Source of the DNA: Camelus dromedarius
Taxonomy: Eukaryota
Reading direction: 5' to 3'
Assembly: GCF_036321535.1 (NCBI RefSeq)
Contig: NC_087436.1
Coordinates: forward strand, 19,222,001-19,286,000
DNA: 64,000 nt
The first letter of the stretch is position 1; each line of letters begins with the position of its first letter. This document shows, one piece after another, positions 50,643 to 63,079 of this stretch. The translations under genes were made by a program, and so were the position numbers. The notes below the pieces were generated by a model. That model was not told where the DNA came from. It did no database searches and worked only from the letters and a program-made list of their open reading frames with translations.

Positions 50643-52069
50643 AACTGATTACGGGTTGGTTAAGTGGATAGACACAGTGTATATTGCTCTTAAACTATAC
50701 CCACCACTGGAAAACAGTTTAAAATTTCACTTGGAGAGTAAAGTAGCGTGACTCTCTGTCTCATTCATTATCATGCAAGTGGAGTAAAAGATACGTCTAA
50801 TCAAAAGAGTGTCCCCTGAGCAATTGTTTTGCTACCTGGGTTCTGCAGAACACAAGTGGTAATGGCCCAGAGCTGGTCTAAACAGCATGTCAAGAGTCTT
50901 TGTGTATAATTTTTATTTCTCATTGTCTTCACCTTCTCTGAAAAGAATGGCTGATAACCTTTCCTTGTCATAGCTGAGCTTTTAAGAGTGTTGTTTTATC
51001 TATTTTTTATGACCAACCTTATACTTGTTAACTGTAATTTTTGCTTTATGTAACATAAAAAAAAATCTGTGATATGGTGCCCAGTGAATTAACAAGAATA
51101 GCTGGACAAAAGACAAGAAATCTTTTTAAAACAAACGTTAACATTAAACACCTTGGATAGGTGGGCCTTCTGGGGATTTTGCTTTAATGCAATGCAACGA
51201 AAGTGCACCATTTCTGTCTTCAGAAATAGTTTCTCTCAGATCGCGAGCTTGTCCAAAGCCATATTACATAAGGAAGGGCTTTGTTTGTACATCAGTATTT
51301 TACATCTTAGAGTCTTACTAAATCCTTCTTTGATCAATCTGATATTGAACAGATCTATATTGATTTCTTCTACACCTGTTTATGGTATTTGTTTTGATAT
51401 ATCCAGGATTAAAAGCCAAATTAACAAGTGTAATCAATTTTCTGAGTGATAAAGAAAAGTCCTCTAGTACCCTTAGACACAGTCATCTAGGGATAAAAAA
51501 CTTAAGTGAAGATGTTGTAATAAATGGATCGATTCATTCAATCACAGGGCATAAAAACATCAGCTCTGGGAAAGTGCTTTCCTCTAAGAGCTTTAGCTAC
51601 CGAGTTTCTCTTGTGTTGCACCAAATGATTTGCATTTTTAGAGAAATTTCATGTCTGCAGTGAGCTCCAGTGAAAACATGAATAAATTGCTTTTCCTTCC
51701 CTCTTTTTTCTGACTTTATGAAGCTGAATCCATTAGAGGTTGAGTCAAAGTATAATGAAATAAAGGCAACAACGCACCTCGTGGAAACCCTGGATTAGAG
51801 TCCCCGCTAGCCCAAGCCCGGCTGTCCTGGACCACCCATCAGATTGGTGGTCTTTAGGGAGGTCCCTGGGGCATGTGGCAATTTTTTTAACTGCTTCATT
51901 AGAAACAGTCTCTAGAAGACAAGAAAATACATAGACAAACAATCAAGAATGAAATGGGCTTTCCACGGCAGTTCTCCACAAAGTCAAATAAACCCTCCCC
52001 TCCAAGCCCAACACAGTACAGCTGCCTAAGAGGCCTTCTTGTTATCGCCTTCCTGCTGAATTCGCTGGG

Positions 52070-52325
52070 GTGAGGGGGTGTAGAATTCATGAGCACAGGC
52101 TTTGGCTCCAAACTGACCTGGGTTTGCATCTCACTGAGCCAGTCATCACCTGTGTGATACTGAAGAAGTTCATCCCTTCAACCTTTGGTTTCCTTCTCTG
52201 TGTGTCAGGGATACTAATGCCTAGAGCACAGGATGGTTGAGCAGTTAAAAAAAAAAAAAAAAGATCTTAGCACATTCCCGAGCAGAAAATGTACTCTCAG
52301 TCATGGAAAGGAACTTAATTTTTAT
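52070..52325 (+). mobile_element. MIR SINE
   Basis: GAGCACAGGCTTTGG...GACCTGGGTTTGCATCTC...CCTTTGGTTTCCTTCTCTGTG. Confidence 0.75.
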
Positions 52326-52452
52326 TCATATCTGAATGTTTCAACTGAAGAAAAAAACAAGCAGCTGTTTCTTCCTCCTCTTACCAAGCAAGCCATTTTG
52401 TTTTTATTTTACTTTAAATCATTGGGATAAATAAGAGTAAGGTTATATAAAA

Positions 52453-52550
52453 CAGTAAGTCTCAAACTTTTGTGAGCAAACATACGACCTTGGTACCCTT
52501 TTAAAATGCAGATTCTGATTTACCAGGTCTACAGTGGGGTCTGAGATTTG
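52453..52550. mobile_element. MER5-type fragment
   Basis: TCTCAAACTTT...TTAAAATGCAGATTCTGATT...GGTCT...GTGGGGTCTGAGATT. Confidence 0.7.
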
Positions 52551-53469
52551 GGGGGTTCTTTTGGAAGGGGAAGTTGTTTCAGGAAAGAGGTTTATCTGAC
52601 TTAAGTTACTGCATCTTGACTAGAAAAAAAGCAGAATTTGTAATGTAGCATTAATAGAAATTTTAAAAACTATGTGAACACACCACTGTATTTATTTGTC
52701 TTAAGAAAGTATTCAGTGTCTGAACAGATTGATAGATGTGAATCAGATACTCTCATTAAAGTTTTAGGTATCCAGAAGGAGAAATTCGGTATAATTCTGC
52801 CTCAGTGTGGTCTCTTCAATGCTTCATCCCAGTCCAGCTCTATTTAAGATAATGATTCTGAAGGGGAAAAAAGAACCTATAATTTTGAGCTCAAATATAC
52901 TTCTGATCCTTATATAAATTTCAGTAAGCTTTAAATAATAACAGAAGCCTTTGAAAAGGGAATTGCTATATACTAGAACCTGTAGTATGAAAGACCGCAT
53001 ATCAGTTTTTGACACTTAAGAGAATCTGCCCAACTTGAAAGATGTGTCCTGCCTTACAAGTGTTTGTATCTTGACTTTTATACTCATCAGATATAGAATA
53101 ACCACATCATGATTTCTGCTTTAAAACACAGAACAGATTACCTTTTTGTTTGTTAACAAAAAGTAGGAAAGTATTAACAAGAAATCTCGCTTTTTTTTTT
53201 TTTTTCTTTTTGGTAAAGTGAGATTAACTCTGTAATTTCAGGCTTTGGTTCACAGAATTTTTATAGACTGTAAAATGAGAAGTGCCATGAATGACAAACC
53301 AACATTACCCCTCACCCCCCCAAAAAAAATAAGAAAAAGGAGAAAGGGAAAGAAGAAAAGAAAGACAAGGGAAAGAGAAGCATCAAGTCATTTGTTAGCA
53401 TCAAGTACACTGACATTTAAACCATGCTTCACATGACCAAAGTGGCGACATTTGCACTTTGTGATTATG

Positions 53470-53936
53470 GTATGTGATTTCACACACACACACAAGATCC
53501 ATTCTCCCACTTTGTCTGCTCTGTGTCCCAGGAAACTGACTTCAGACTGCATCTGAAGGTTCACTTGTCTTCTATTGCCTTCTGTCTTCCTGGTTTGGAT
53601 TTATCCAAAAGGAGTCGCCAGCAGGAGATCAGAGGTTAGGAAGGTGGAGAGGTTCTGACAGCTGTGACACTCTACCACCGCTGCTTCTAGATGCAAATGG
53701 ATGAGCCCTTTTCGAAATTTCCATCTCTCACTCAGGGTCCAGTAAAGCCATCCTCTCCCCCTTTACCCTCAGCCTGGGGAGGATAATGGCATAACATCCT
53801 TCCATCGCGAGTCCCTGGGTGCCTCAGGACCCCTTGTCATTCTCCAGCCCTGCCCTCATCTCTCAGTGGTTCCTTCATTAAAGTCCCTTCAGAATCCCAG
53901 TCGAATGTGCCATCTGTTTCGTCCTGACTGATGCTC
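53470..53936 (+). mobile_element. LTR33-like ERVL solo LTR
   Basis: CCAGCAGGAGATCAGAGG; CCTTCATTAAAGTCCCTTCAG; TGTGCCATCTGTTTC...CCTGACTGATGC. Confidence 0.7.
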
Positions 53937-56514
53937 ACTCCTCTTCTATTGTGAGTATCAAGCAAGGTGGCTAAAGGCAAACAAGTACAAGAAATATCAG
54001 GAAACTTGCACTTGCTGAAGAGTTCAGTTGATTAGAGAACAGTGCTAATGAGGCCAAAATGTGTGTCTGGCTGTCCTCCAGGCTCACAGGCTGTACCCCT
54101 GACCGGCCATTTTACACACCATCAGTCACCAGGAGGACCATGCCAAAAAGGACACATGAGTCTGTGCCAATCCATCACCACTTCTGGGGACATAATTCAA
54201 AGGCTAGCTGTTCAACTGAGATAGCTTCAAAATCATCTTTGTTCCCAAAGGACAGCTTTTATACTGTGATTCTAGTGAAAGTATTATATGTTATTTTAAA
54301 CAATAAAACCATGCCTGTCAATATCTTTGTCAAAGATATATTTTCATTTATTACTTAATCTGTAGCTAATTCATAATAACATGATTAAAAGTCAAGCTTA
54401 TCAAAATATGCCTTATATTGGCAATTGGACTCAAGGTTTGTAAGAATATATATTCAACTCATCTCTTTAAAATTTTCCAACTGTTACGATTAAATGAATG
54501 AAACTATATAACCAACTACATAACCACAGTCTAAAGAGTAAATAGTTAAATTTTAATTTATTTATTTAAAGTGATTTTCTGATTATCAAGTGTGAATAAC
54601 AAATTTTTAGGGTATATACTCTGTTCTTGTCAGTACAAACACCTTCTAAAACCATGTCGTAATAAGCCACTGTATTAATGTTGATATACTGGGCTTACTT
54701 CCAAGGTGTTAATTTTATACGATTTGAATACATCGAGGGGAGAGACCTCTCTTCTTCTTTCAGAAGTCAATTTCTGAGACTCTACTATCAGCATGAAAAA
54801 GAACTATTTCTACTAAAATTGAATCTACGTCTTTAAGTAAAATGTCCTGAAATACTAAAGCAAAATACAATCTCATCATTAATAATGGCCTAATGCTAGA
54901 GTCTCCCATAAGATATGAGCACTTTTTTAGACCTGGTATTTAGTCTTAATCTTTTTCATAAAACACAATCTGAATTTTATTTTTTTTTGACAGAACCTTT
55001 TGAGAGATTTTGATAAGGTCAACAGAAAGCACAGTCTTTTAACATTAGGTGATCAACTTTTTGACAGTAGCAGGACCAGCATAGCTAATGGAGTAATAGC
55101 CTGCAGGGTCCAGCTAAATATAATATATGAACGTAATCAACCTCTGTGATGACTATTCAGAAGTAACGCCTTTAGCTTTGAACTGCAACACATATTTCAA
55201 CAAGGCAAAAACCTTATGAAGAAAGTCTCTGCAGACCACACTGATACAATACCGCCTTCATCTCCTGCTCTGTGCGCTTGCTGCATACAGTGAGTTTTAA
55301 ATTTAAGGTAATGACTGCTGTATATTCATGTGAGCGTACAACAATACTTTTGATTTGTTGTGGAAAGGTTGAATCCATTACCAGGGGTCTAGTCTATAAA
55401 CTCTGACACAGCCTTTATGTATGAGTTATTATTTACCCTTTTTTAGTAAGGCCACTAAAAATGTTTTGCATGACAAAATTATAAAAATTCATTCGCCTTT
55501 TCAGTCACAAAACTACCAGGTAGCATCCTTTCCATTTCAATTTATACTCCCCTACAGATAACGTTTTCAAAATCTCGTTTATATATAATACTGTATTATA
55601 TAAAAATTATGTTAACATTGTTTTCAAGTAAAGGGATGGGATTGTAGGTTTATTACAGTTCAGCATCGTTGACTTGTTCTACTGCTCTTTGGTACAAGGT
55701 AGGCTAAAAGATGGTAAAATGAGATCCTTTTATTGCCCACTTGTGGGAATCTGCCCTTTGAGAGTTGTTACTATTAGCAACAGGGAAGTACCTGTTTCTA
55801 CTGGAATGGTAGGCAGTGTAAGCAAATACCATACTCCCAACTGTGCACTGGTTCTGGTCCCCCTTGCTGGAGTGACATGGGTCCTAATCTTCCAGCTTCC
55901 TTGAAGACCTTACAGATCAAATATCTCAAATCATATCCTAAGTCAGACCTACAGTAGGAAACCTGGGTTAAGAATCAAAATGAGTGCTTTTGCAAGACGG
56001 AACCGAGATGCAACAATCCCATGATGCTCACTTGCTGCAGATGAACAGAAGTCTGAGAACACCTGAGTGAGGACTTCAGCTGTTCCCCTATGTAAATTCA
56101 CCTTTGCTAAGGTTTCCTAACACAGTGAGTGTGAATATCTTTTATGTAAACTAACAGCTGTGGCCCAAGTTGAGTAAAAGAATAACTCCAAATACAGCTA
56201 GCTTTCTCAGAGAATCTACTTGGGAAATATTTCACAATAAAAAAAAAATCACCTCTGCACAACATCTGAGGAATGAATGCTAAGCGATTATTTGAGACCA
56301 ACCAAGCACAATTTCAAACTTGGAAAACCTAGGAATGACTTCTCCAGCTTAAGAAATATTGTTCCATCCTGCCAAACCAAAGGGAATGCTGTTTAAGACA
56401 TTAGATAGTATAAAATAGGCGGTAGGGTGTCAGGGTGGTTCTATTTACTGTCGTGCAATGAAAATATTAAACTGAGAAGCCCAGGGTAGTTCTTTACCTC
56501 AAAGAGTGATAGAA

Positions 56515-57115
56515 TATATTAGTTAAGGTAAAGGCTAAGCTTCTATTTCAGAGTCCCAAAAGTACAGTAGCTTAAGAGTATAGAAGTTTGTTTCTCCCGC
56601 AATCCTGAAGTGAGCCGTTGACTTTTACAAGGTAGTCCCACAGGCGTTCACGGGGCCATGACCTTCCATCTAATTGCTCCACCATCCCCTAGGGCAGGGC
56701 TTCTCAATATTGCACTATTGAAATTTTGAACTAGATGATTTTTTTTGTTGTTGAGGAGAAGGATGGGGAATGGCTGTCATGAGCACTGTAGGGTATTTAA
56801 CAGCATCCCTGCCCTCTACCCACTAGAAGCCAAGAGCACTTACACCTACCAGTGTTGACAACAAAAATATCTCCAGATATGTCCAAATCTTCCCTGTGGA
56901 GCAAAGCCATCCCCACTGAGAACCGTTGACTTGGATGTTGTCATTGTCTGCATGGTAGAAACGAAATCATAGTTTTCCATGTTCAAGATTGAGGAAACAG
57001 GAATGCTTCAGGGACAATGGATACCCAATGCCTAACACTCAGACCTGGAGGAGGATGTATCATTCTGTCCACATTCATTGGTGAGAACTTCAACCAAATA
57101 TGTATATGCTGAAGG
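56515..57115 (-). mobile_element. Old MLT1-type MaLR LTR interrupted by MER20
   Basis: CAGTAGCTTAAGAGTATAGAAGTTTGTTTCTC; CCTTCCATCTAATTGCTCCACCATCCCCTAGG; ATCATTCTGTCCACATTCATTGGTGAGAACT. Confidence 0.65.
56695..56928. mobile_element. MER20 hAT-Charlie DNA transposon
   Basis: CAGGGCTTCTCAA...GCACTATTGA..TTTTG...TGTAGGGTATTTAACAGCATCCCTGCCCTCTACCCACTAGA...TGAGAACCGTTG. Confidence 0.88.
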
Positions 57116-57532
57116 GGAAGATCTAGTAGAGTGCAAAAAGCAAAAAACCTGATAAGTGAAAGGCAGAAGGAATTACTGGAGCCATGTCTTGTGTAGGCAA
57201 GAGAGGAAGAGACCTAGCGAAGAAGGAGAGGAGTTGGCCTTAGATGGGAGCATGGGGAATACGGAGTGTATCCAACAGGAACAAGTAAGTCAGTAACTCT
57301 TGACACAGAGCCTGTGGAAGCCTTTTCCAGCTATGTTTTATTTCCTCTCTGAAACTGGAAAATAAAGAATCAGCTGAGAATAATGATGCATATGGAAGGT
57401 TGGAGGTTTGAGAAAATGGAAGAAAGAGTAAATCAGTCATCTAGGAAAGCAGAAGAATGAATGGACTCGAAATGTTTAATAGGATGGCCTGAAAGTATTA
57501 AGGGCTTCCTAATGTCTGTGACCATGAATTTT

Positions 57533-57736
57533 GTTTTCATTTTTCAGTTTATTAGGCAGAATTGTTACAATTTGACTGCATGTACACACTATATTGCATA
57601 TAAATACATATACACAATATACTGCACCTATTTTTTAAATTTACATGTATGTACTGTTCATTGTTTCTAAGAACGTTTAGAGCTTTAGCTTTTTAAACTT
57701 ACATAGTTATCAAAGGAATGAAGCCAACCACAAAAT
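57533..57736 (-). pseudogene. Retrocopied mRNA-like 3' end (3'UTR with polyadenylation signal); parent gene not established
   Basis: Minus strand ends ...CAAATTGTAACAATTCTGCCTAATAAACTGAAAAATGAAAAC, with AATAAA 15 nt before the TSD; AU-rich and unlike any repeat I recognise; lies inside a 16-bp TSD. Confidence 0.65.
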
Positions 57737-58198
57737 AAGAATTAATTCAAAAAGATACACCCCACTATTAACAGCAACATTATTTATAAGTGCCAAGATA
57801 CGGAAGCATCCTTAGTGCACATCAGTAGATGAATGGATAAAGAAATGCAGCATAAAAATGTAATGGACAACAACTCACCCATAAGAAAGAAGGATATTTT
57901 GCCATTTGTAGTCCTTCACTCACTTTTTTTTTTTTCACTTTGAAAACGAGAATTTTATAACTGGCATAACATTTCCATTGCATCAAAAACAACAAAGTAC
58001 CTAGAAATAAACTTAACCAAAGAGGTTACCTATGCTGTGAAAACTGTAAAACATTGATGAAGGAAATTGAAGATGATACAAAGAAATGGAAAGATACCTT
58101 GTTCTCTTGGATTGGAAGAATCAACATTATCAAAATGGCCTTACTACTGAAAGCAATCTACAGATCCAGTGCCGCCCCTGTCAAAATACAACATTCTT
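57733..58198 (+). mobile_element. Two non-colinear L1 ORF2 fragments (~57733-57911 and ~57966-58198) inside the TSD-bounded insertion
   Basis: TAATTCAAAAAGATACAC...ATCAGTAGATGAATGGATAAAGAA...TTTTGCCATTTG; then TACCTAGAAATAAACTTAACCAAAGAGG...TGGATTGGAAGAATCAACATT...AAAGCAATCTACAGAT. Confidence 0.88.
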
Positions 58199-59379
58199 TG
58201 TGACCGTGAATTTTAAGTGAGGACTATTGGTTTGTTTTCCAACCACACTGAGCCTTAACATATAGGAGAGGACTAGGCAGACAGTTGGATTTAACTAGGG
58301 TTATACTAGTCAAGCGAGTATGACAAAGTGAGAAAAGGACAAAGAAGTCAGCCTATATGCAAACCATGAGTGACCATGGAATTTAAATGGTATGAAGAGG
58401 AGAAAGAAGAAATCAAAATAGGGAGGAACAATGAAAAGATGGTAGAATTGGAAGTTCCAGTGGGGCTAAGGAATTGCTGGTGTTGGGGTAATAGAGGGAG
58501 TTATCCAGAAAGGGTAAAAGCTCGCAGTCAACTAGCTGAATGCAGGAAACTGAGTTGGAGAGGGGCTTGCAGTTACTGGTGATGACAAAGTCTAAGAGTG
58601 AGCATGGGAATTAATGGCTGCAGTAAGGTAAAGGACAAGATCTAAAAGCACAGAGTTCAAGGAATTGAGACCCAGGGTGAAAGAATCTTCTACATGCACA
58701 TTTAAATTGCTAAATTAAGAAAGTGGTGGGAAAGTGACAATGAGCCAATGATAAAATCAGCTGAGAATGACACCAGTTGTAGGTCGATCGCAGCAATAGT
58801 TGATTATATAAACGGATAATGTAAGTTTTAGGAAGGGAAAAGGAGAAGGCAAATGCCCTGAAAGAGATGCAGTAGGGAGGAGGACACCTCCGACCTCCAA
58901 GTCCAATGGTAACAGGACTGAGGAAAAGAAAAACAAAAAGGGCTTCTAGGCTGTCAGTGTCCTCAAAGGACAGTCAAGTTTCTGTTAGATCCAGAATGTA
59001 AAGGGGACTTCAGAAAATAGAGTGAGAATACAGTGGAAATGTTTCAAGAGTTGTGGTGGGTAGATGGGAACAAAATAGGAAATTTGTAGAGCGTTACAAA
59101 AAGTAGAACTCAGGGAATGACGGGGACCTGGAGGTCTGTCATAAGCAAGGGTAAAGAGCATCCTATTAGATAAGTCCCGGTGCATTCAAGTCAAAAGGAG
59201 AAGGGCAGATATAAAAATTAAGTAACAAATTAACATGTCTAATTATATACAAACTTCCCATATCTTATTTGATCATTTGGATACTTTATATTGCTCTCTG
59301 AATTAATTGTCCTTCTGACAATTAGTAACAAGTCATCTTATTCCCAAGCAGTGACTGTTCTAGGTGCCATTTCATACAT

Positions 59380-59878
59380 CACAGTAACTCTGTGGGTTAG
59401 GAATTTGAGCATGCCTTGGTTAGACATCAGTTGAGGTTACCCAGTGATGATACTCAGCTGACAGATGGGCAGGTTTGAAGGACCAAGACAACTTGACTCA
59501 CAGACTGGAGCTCTGGTGGGATGGCTGGAAGGCTGGGCTCAGCTGGGACTGTCAACTGGATCATCAGTACATGGCCTTTCCAGGATAGCAATCTCAGGGT
59601 GGTAGGACTTCCTATATGGTGACTGGATTCTTCCAAAGCAAGCATCCTGAGAGAGCCAGATGGAAGCTGCGTGGCCTTTTCTGATCTAGCTTTACAAGTC
59701 ATGTAGTTACTTCTTCCACATGCTGTTGATTACAAAAGAGTCCTAAGCCTAACCTAATTTTAAGATGGCAGGAGTTAGATTCCACCTTTTCAAGGGGGTG
59801 TGGTAAGGTCACACTATTGAGGAACATGTAGAGTGAGAGATATCATGAGGCCATCTTTGACCAACATAACCTTCCCTG
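59380..59878 (-). mobile_element. MLT1H-like MaLR LTR
   Basis: CTCTGTGGGTTAGGAATTTG; GGGATGGCTGGAAGGCTGGGCTCAGCTGGGACTGTC; GGAAGCTGCGTGGCCTTTTCTGATCTAGC. Confidence 0.8.
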
Positions 59879-60295
59879 GTGACACAGGTGATATTTTCGC
59901 TTTTATCATACAGGTGATAGGGGTAGATATCCCTGAAAAGGGATTCCCAGGTTCAAACTCAAAATAAAATAACTGTCAACTGTACTTGTGATAAACCATT
60001 AAATTTATACCTCTTTTTTTTCCTTTAGGAGAGTCTAGAAGATCCACAATGGAAGGTTTATGTCAAACCTCAGAGCACTCAGAAGATCTCAATGGGTATG
60101 GTAAATCAAGTTAAAGTTTCTATGTATCCACATTATGCAAGATACTAAGTATAATGCAATTCTCTAAACACAAAAGGAGCAACTTCATCTAACTTGATAA
60201 ACTAATACCAAAACACTGTTTTTAAACAAATCAAAGATTTACTTTTAAATATTACACAAGTTTGAATAGTTTTAATGTTTTAAGCAGTGTCGGAA

Positions 60296-60519
60296 AATTA
60301 CTCCTTGAAGAACTTGGAGGTTGGGGGTGCGGACCCTCCTTGAAGTAAAAAATATGCATATAATTGATATCCAGCCCTTGGTTCCTCTGTATCCTGAGTT
60401 CTGCATCAATGGATTCAACCAGACACAGATCATGTAGTACTGTAGTAGTTACCATTGAAAAAAATCCACATAGAAGTGGACCCCTGCAGTTCCAACCCTT
60501 GTTGTTCAAGGGTCAACTG
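60296..60519. mobile_element. MER8/Tigger2-type TcMar non-autonomous transposon
   Basis: Right TIR GTTGTTCAAGGGTCAACTG followed by TA; degenerate left TIR CCTTGAAGAAC; internal TCTGCATCAATGGATTCAACC. Confidence 0.85.
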
Positions 60520-61111
60520 TAATATCTTAAAAGCAAGTGTCTTTTACTTTCTAGCCCAGTATAAAATTTAATTTTATAATGTATTTTATTTCAGATTTCC
60601 AGATAATCAAAAAAAATGAGACTTAAACCAGCTTTTGACTCAGTCAGCTGTGCAAGAAGAACATTATCATATCAGCTTCATCTTCAATTACATCCCTATA
60701 ATAAGGGTATGTTACAAATAATACAGATAGAATTATAATAAAACTATGACTGTGTTTTCATTGGATTTTGTATGGCAATTTCCTACTACAAATTTAGTCT
60801 AAGACATCCAAATCCATGTTTAAACATCAAAAATATATGCCAAAGACCTAGAAATGTCAATAATTATCTATAAAATGAACTGTAAGATTTCCCTCTTATC
60901 CACTATTCTACAAGAAAGAGTGCTACTATAGAGTCAACATGTGGTTCTGTCTAATGAGAAGATCATTTTAAGCTTAAGAGAATCTGTGGTGGATAAATAT
61001 AGGAAAAAATCTGCTAAAATTCCCTTGAAGCTTTTCAACATAAATGAAAGGATTATAGGCAATAAAGATTAGTATATTGGTAAGCAATATTCAAAACAGT
61101 TTGCTTTACCT

Positions 61112-62023
61112 CAGTAAAGGGAAACTGTTTCCTCTGCTTATACCACTTCTGACACCAAATGTGTGTGTTTTTCCACACCAAGCAATTCTCCAGTTCTCAG
61201 CAGACACGGACTGGAATGTCTTACAATTTAACTTAATTCTGACACTAAGAGCCAGGAGTTAGCACAGACTCTGCTAACAGATTAAGGGATCAGTTCCACG
61301 AGACTGTCCCCCACTTCATATGCCAATTGCAAGTCCCAAGTTGTCACTTGTACTTCTGGCTGAGTTGGCTACAAACCGAGGATTCCCACAACCCCCACTT
61401 CAACTTCTGTAATTTGCTATAACAGTTCACAGAACTCAGAGAAACGGGTACTTACACTTGCCAGTTTAGTACAAAGAATATAACAAAGATACAGATGGGC
61501 AGACAAGTAAAAGAGACACACAGGGCAAGGTATGGGGAAGGGGTGCAGAGCTGCCGTGCCCTCCCAAGGTGGGGCACCCTCCCAGACCGCAGTTCATTCA
61601 CCAATCCAGGAGCTCCCCAAACTTTCAGTTAGGCTTCTTATGGAGGCTTTATTACCTAGGCATGTTGGTTGAATCATTGATGATTAGGGATTAACTCGGC
61701 CTCCAACCTCTCCCTCCCCAGAGGTCAGGGTGTAGAGCCGGAAGTTCCAAGCCTCTAATCACATGGTTGGCTCCCTTGGAAACCAGCACCCGCCCCCCAG
61801 TTCTCATGGGCTTTCCAAAAGTCACCTTATTAACATAAGTGGAAGCATGGTTGAGAGGGTCTTGTTATTAATGACAAAAGATGCTTTATTCAACTTATCC
61901 TTCTCTCCGGAGTTGCCAGGGACAAAAAACTAGTGTTAATTTACTGTATTACATTAGGAGCTCTGTGCCAGAAACCAGAGATGGAGACCACATATGTATT
62001 TCTTATTATATTACAACATCACA
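61112..62023 (-). mobile_element. MER21-family-like LTR
   Basis: CCACTTCTGACACCAAATGTGTG; AATTCTGACACTA; CACAGAACTCAG; GGAGCTCTGTGCCAGAAACCAG...TATTTCTTATTATATTACAACATCACA. Confidence 0.75.
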
Positions 62024-62674
62024 CTATGTTAAAGTGTATTTTATGATACTTTAACTGATAGTATGTCATGTCTCCTTACCAACTTTAAAAAGACTATGAA
62101 AATCCTTCAGTCTCAGTCCCTCCCCCTAATATGCCTTACAAAATGAGGGGGCATCGCTGAAATAATCAAGTGTACAATTTCTAGAGATTTGCAGGTCTAG
62201 GGGAATCCATAAATGAAGTACTTTACCAAAAATAAAGACTTTTGCTCACACTTAACCTTGGTCAACATACACTTTAATTCTAGTTCCTTTGAATTCCTCA
62301 TGATTAAAGATTGGGGCTAACCCTAGAACACTGCAGTGTGGAGTCACACTGCTTCCACGTGCTAGTGAAGCATCAGCATTCTGCTCAAGGAGATGATTCA
62401 GTGCAAACACCAAAAACTGTAGATGAGTATATGGAAACATAGAATAGTCATCCTTTGTTGTTTATTAAATCACTAGCACCAATTTGCACAGCATTGCTGA
62501 CTCCTGAATTATTTTTTGCCATACACACAGACTTCCATGTTTTGTTTTGCCCTAAGATCAGAATTAAAGTATCTTTATCTCTTTAAGGGAAACCCCAGAT
62601 ATCTCCCTCAAGTCTTGCAAAATGTTGAGACAGAGAAATAAAGTGGTTAAGGGAGTTCTCTGAGAAGACACCTT

Positions 62675-63009
62675 TGTTAAATTAACAAACAAGGAGGCCA
62701 TTAGATGAAGGTGGTTCTAATATCTCAGTGGCCTGCATAAGCAAGCCAAAACCTAAGCCTATACATGCCTCAAGGTTAAGAAATCAAAATCTAGAGACAG
62801 TCAATCATAAACAACCAACTAGGATTTTCCAAATAAAGCAACTACTTGAGCTGTAGCTAATCAAATAGTTTCCTTGCTTTTATAAAAGTCTTGCATCTAG
62901 CTCCTGTCAGTGGAGTGCTCCTAAAATCTTCCAGTTTGCCATGATTCAGGTTGATTTTTGCTTAAATATCTCTTTAAAACGTTTCAATGTCTGAGCATCT
63001 CTTTTGACA
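62675..63009 (+). mobile_element. ERV1-type solo LTR (MER57-like)
   Basis: TG...CA termini; perfect 4-bp TSD CCTT (62671-62674 and 63010-63013); TATAAAA at 62881. Confidence 0.8.
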
Positions 63010-63079
63010 CCTTCTATAGCAATCTCCAGGTCTCCTTTTTCCAGAAGTTTCCTGTTTTAGCCAGAAACAGGTATTTAAA

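Larger units (their letters stand above)
57170..59190 (-). mobile_element. L2 LINE split by the 57533-58198 insertion
   Basis: Reverse-complement homology to the L2 at 41456-43500 (GTGACC(A/G)TGAATTTTAAGTGAGG; GGTGATGACAAAGTCTA; GGGGAGGAGGACACC). Confidence 0.75.

Noticed and set aside
52750..52875. Minus-strand coding exon after the acceptor TTTTTTCCCCTTCAG
   Set aside because: All three frames stop within ~35 nt and no strong donor follows.
55582..55602. Palindrome TATATAATAC-T-GTATTATATA
   Set aside because: Low-complexity AT sequence with 10-bp arms; plausible by chance.
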